DNA of 62,864 bases, filler included. It is 14 parts of 14 records of this genome, joined end to end, with 100 filler letters (N's around TTAATTAATTAA, not from the genome) between each part and the next. Parts side by side here need not be neighbours in the genome. Positions count along the whole stretch, not along the records: positions 57,956 to 62,864 come from SRR7504441_8373; 13 more parts are not named here. One strand, written 5' to 3'. The notes under the pieces were generated by a model that had not been told where the DNA came from, did no database searches, and worked only from the letters and a program-made list of their open reading frames with translations. The translations under genes were made by a program, and so were the position numbers. This document shows positions 60,840 to 62,864 of this stretch, one piece after another. Position 1 is the first letter of the stretch. Every line of letters starts with the position of its first letter.

Positions 60840-62728
60840 TCATGTGGTGGTGGTATTTGTTTTCGCACCTACGGCGACCTTATCAACCCAGGCATGTGGT
60901 GGAGTCGAGCTCACCTTGCTGGAAGAACCAAGGGTGCTCTAGAATCGCGTCCGGCGCAAGTCGGCTGGAGGGCTCGAGGACCAGGATCTGGCTAAGTAAA
61001 TCTGCCGTGCAGTGTCAGCCTGAGACGGCGGTTGGGCACGACCGCAGGCTAGTGGGGAGACTTGGTCCTTGATCCCTCGGACCTCCAGGTGGGCCAACAC
61101 GCCCTCCTCGGCCAGCAGCCTGCCGCCCAGGCTCAGGGCACCGGCGGCCAGGTCGCGCACTTGAACCATCGGTCTGACAGGTGCGGGAAGGCAAACGGGG
61201 CCACTTTGCCTGCACCAGGGTGAGACCTTGGCAGAGACTTTGGCACCTCCAGTGAGCATCAGGAAGAATATGATCCCGCACGACCACACCTGCCCCGACC
61301 CGTCAGACCCGCGGCAGGCTTGCAAGCAGTTACATCTGCCCGGAAACCGTCGTAGCATGTGCGGCTTGGGGGCGTGTCAAACAGCATCAAGATCTGGCCT
61401 CAATCAGCACAGCGCGCTCCAAAGCTCACCTCGGGCGCCATGTAGAACGATTTGCCCACTACGCGCTCCTTGCCGAACCCGGCTGGATTGTACAAGCAAG
61501 AACCCCCGAAATCTGGCACCCAATCAACGCGCTCTGTCGGGGAAAGAGCGGCTGGTACCAGCCAGCTTGATTGTCGCATTGTTGGTTACTAAGCAATTCT
61601 CCGGAGAGACGTCGCCGTGCACGACGTTCTTGGAGTGGCAGTACCGTATCGCTGCGCCCCCGGTCGGATCCGGTGAGCAGCGGGAGGTTACCCTCCACCA
61701 ACTGCCTGAATAGATGCCTGGACCAATCCTCTGTGAGCACGCCCGCCCCTGCATCTCGTCAGCACACGCGCACACGGCCCGCTCACGCAAAATATCGAAA
61801 ATGTCTCCGCCGTTGGCAAACTCCATCACAATGTACAAGTTCTCAGCGTCTTGAATCACCTGGTCGTCGCGTGCGCCCTCGGGCCGAGTTCTCGGCACAC
61901 CTCCGTCAAAGCTACGACATTCGGATGACCAGGCTGCGCCAGAACTTGCATCATGTTGGCCTGGCCTCGGTCAGCCGCCCCGCTCCGCACCGGTCGCACC
62001 TCCGAATACGGGTCCTCGATACGGCACTCGTTCCAAGGCCGTCCCTCGGCCACAGCCGCCTGGATCTTATTCAAGCGCCAACCAGCCGGGGGGCGACCTC
62101 GTGCGCGGCGCGCCATCGGGCAATCAGCATCAGCGAACAGATCTGCCCAGGGGTCAGTGCCCCTTTGAGCGACCTGCACACCTTGACCGCGACCTTGTCC
62201 CCCGTGGTCCTGTGCTCACCATACTTGATCCTGCGGGGGCAACCTCAGGCTAAACCGAACCGTGTGATATGGCCCGCTTACTTCCCATAGATCGACTGCC
62301 GTATCGTCCGCAGGTGTCGATAGTGCTGCCGTATTCCCTGCCCCGGCCCGATCGAACCCTCCCCGGCCCCCCCGCCCCACCGCCATCTTCTTTTGCGCTG
62401 GCTGCTCTTCGGGCACTGCGCAATCGCCCCCTGCGACCATCCGGCCGTGAGTCCAACTTTGTCGCCTCCGCCCCGCACCCTGCGCCGGTTCCCCCCCGGC
62501 TGCTCCCGCCGCCCCCGACGGCTCGCCGTGGTTCGGCGCTGCATTCGCGCCGGGCTGGTCGACGGTGACGTTCTGGGCGGCAGCCGGGACCCCAGCAGGC
62601 ACGTCCTGACAATCGACCGCCCCAGTCAACACGGAGCAGCCGAGCCGGGTGGTGGGCACCTGCCCCGGCTGGTCCGGCTGGTCCGATTCGTCCAGCTCCA
62701 TATCGAAGCACGCCTCGTGCTCCTCCAT
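60840..62728 (-). CDS. Ser/Thr protein kinase, CAMK-like, multi-exon
   Basis: Motifs VAVKV, HPNVVAL, YIVMEFANGGDIF, VHGDVSPEN, A|DFG, GKSFYMAPE, VWSCGII and LEHPWF. Confidence 0.92.
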
Positions 62729-62864
62729 GGGCGCCGGCTTGCAGTCGAACGGTCTGGAAATGCAACAATCCGGTGCACGCGTGCGCCGACCGCCCTCACA
62801 CGGCCGGCGGACTGAGCTAAGGAGGCCTGTGGAGTGTGCCCACCTCCTGTCTCGAAGATGCCGA

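Noticed and set aside
1-62864. Stop-codon reassignment or programmed frameshifting to explain fragmented ORFs
   Set aside because: Nearly every break I traced is resolved by a short GT/GC-AG intron, and TAA, TAG and TGA all serve as terminal stops.
1-62864. An introner family of repeated whole introns
   Set aside because: The G-rich introns share composition and length, but I found no two alignable over their full length in this window.

Overview
This window is 14 short eukaryotic contigs (about 3.0-8.8 kb each) joined by artificial 100-nt N/TTAATTAATTAA/N spacers, so neighbours across a spacer are not syntenic. The source looks like a GC-rich, gene-dense protist; I cannot name the lineage from sequence alone. 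I can trace about 34 protein-coding genes by hand, including AMT, CLASP, PIG-B, a SYP7-like SNARE, a mitochondrial carrier, an LRR-multi-TM receptor, a multi-GAF protein, a divergent kinesin, a NOX5/RBOH-type oxidase, a CYP86/704-clan P450, a TPK K+ channel, a PH-FYVE protein, an AAAP transporter and a kinase. Genes are broken by very short (mostly 35-50 nt) spliceosomal introns with degenerate donors, many of them GC-AG, and are often paired head-to-head 50-170 bp apart. The most unusual signal is contig 28709-32729, which looks non-coding in the ORF track but resolves into three intron-dense genes. Their introns are filled with amplified short motifs (AACGG/CCGTT about 39 copies, TTAA, TTTGAA), and exact 12-14-nt words are shared between different introns. 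I found no rRNA, tRNA, CRISPR array or intact mobile element. All exon structures are hand-inferred and need RNA-seq confirmation.
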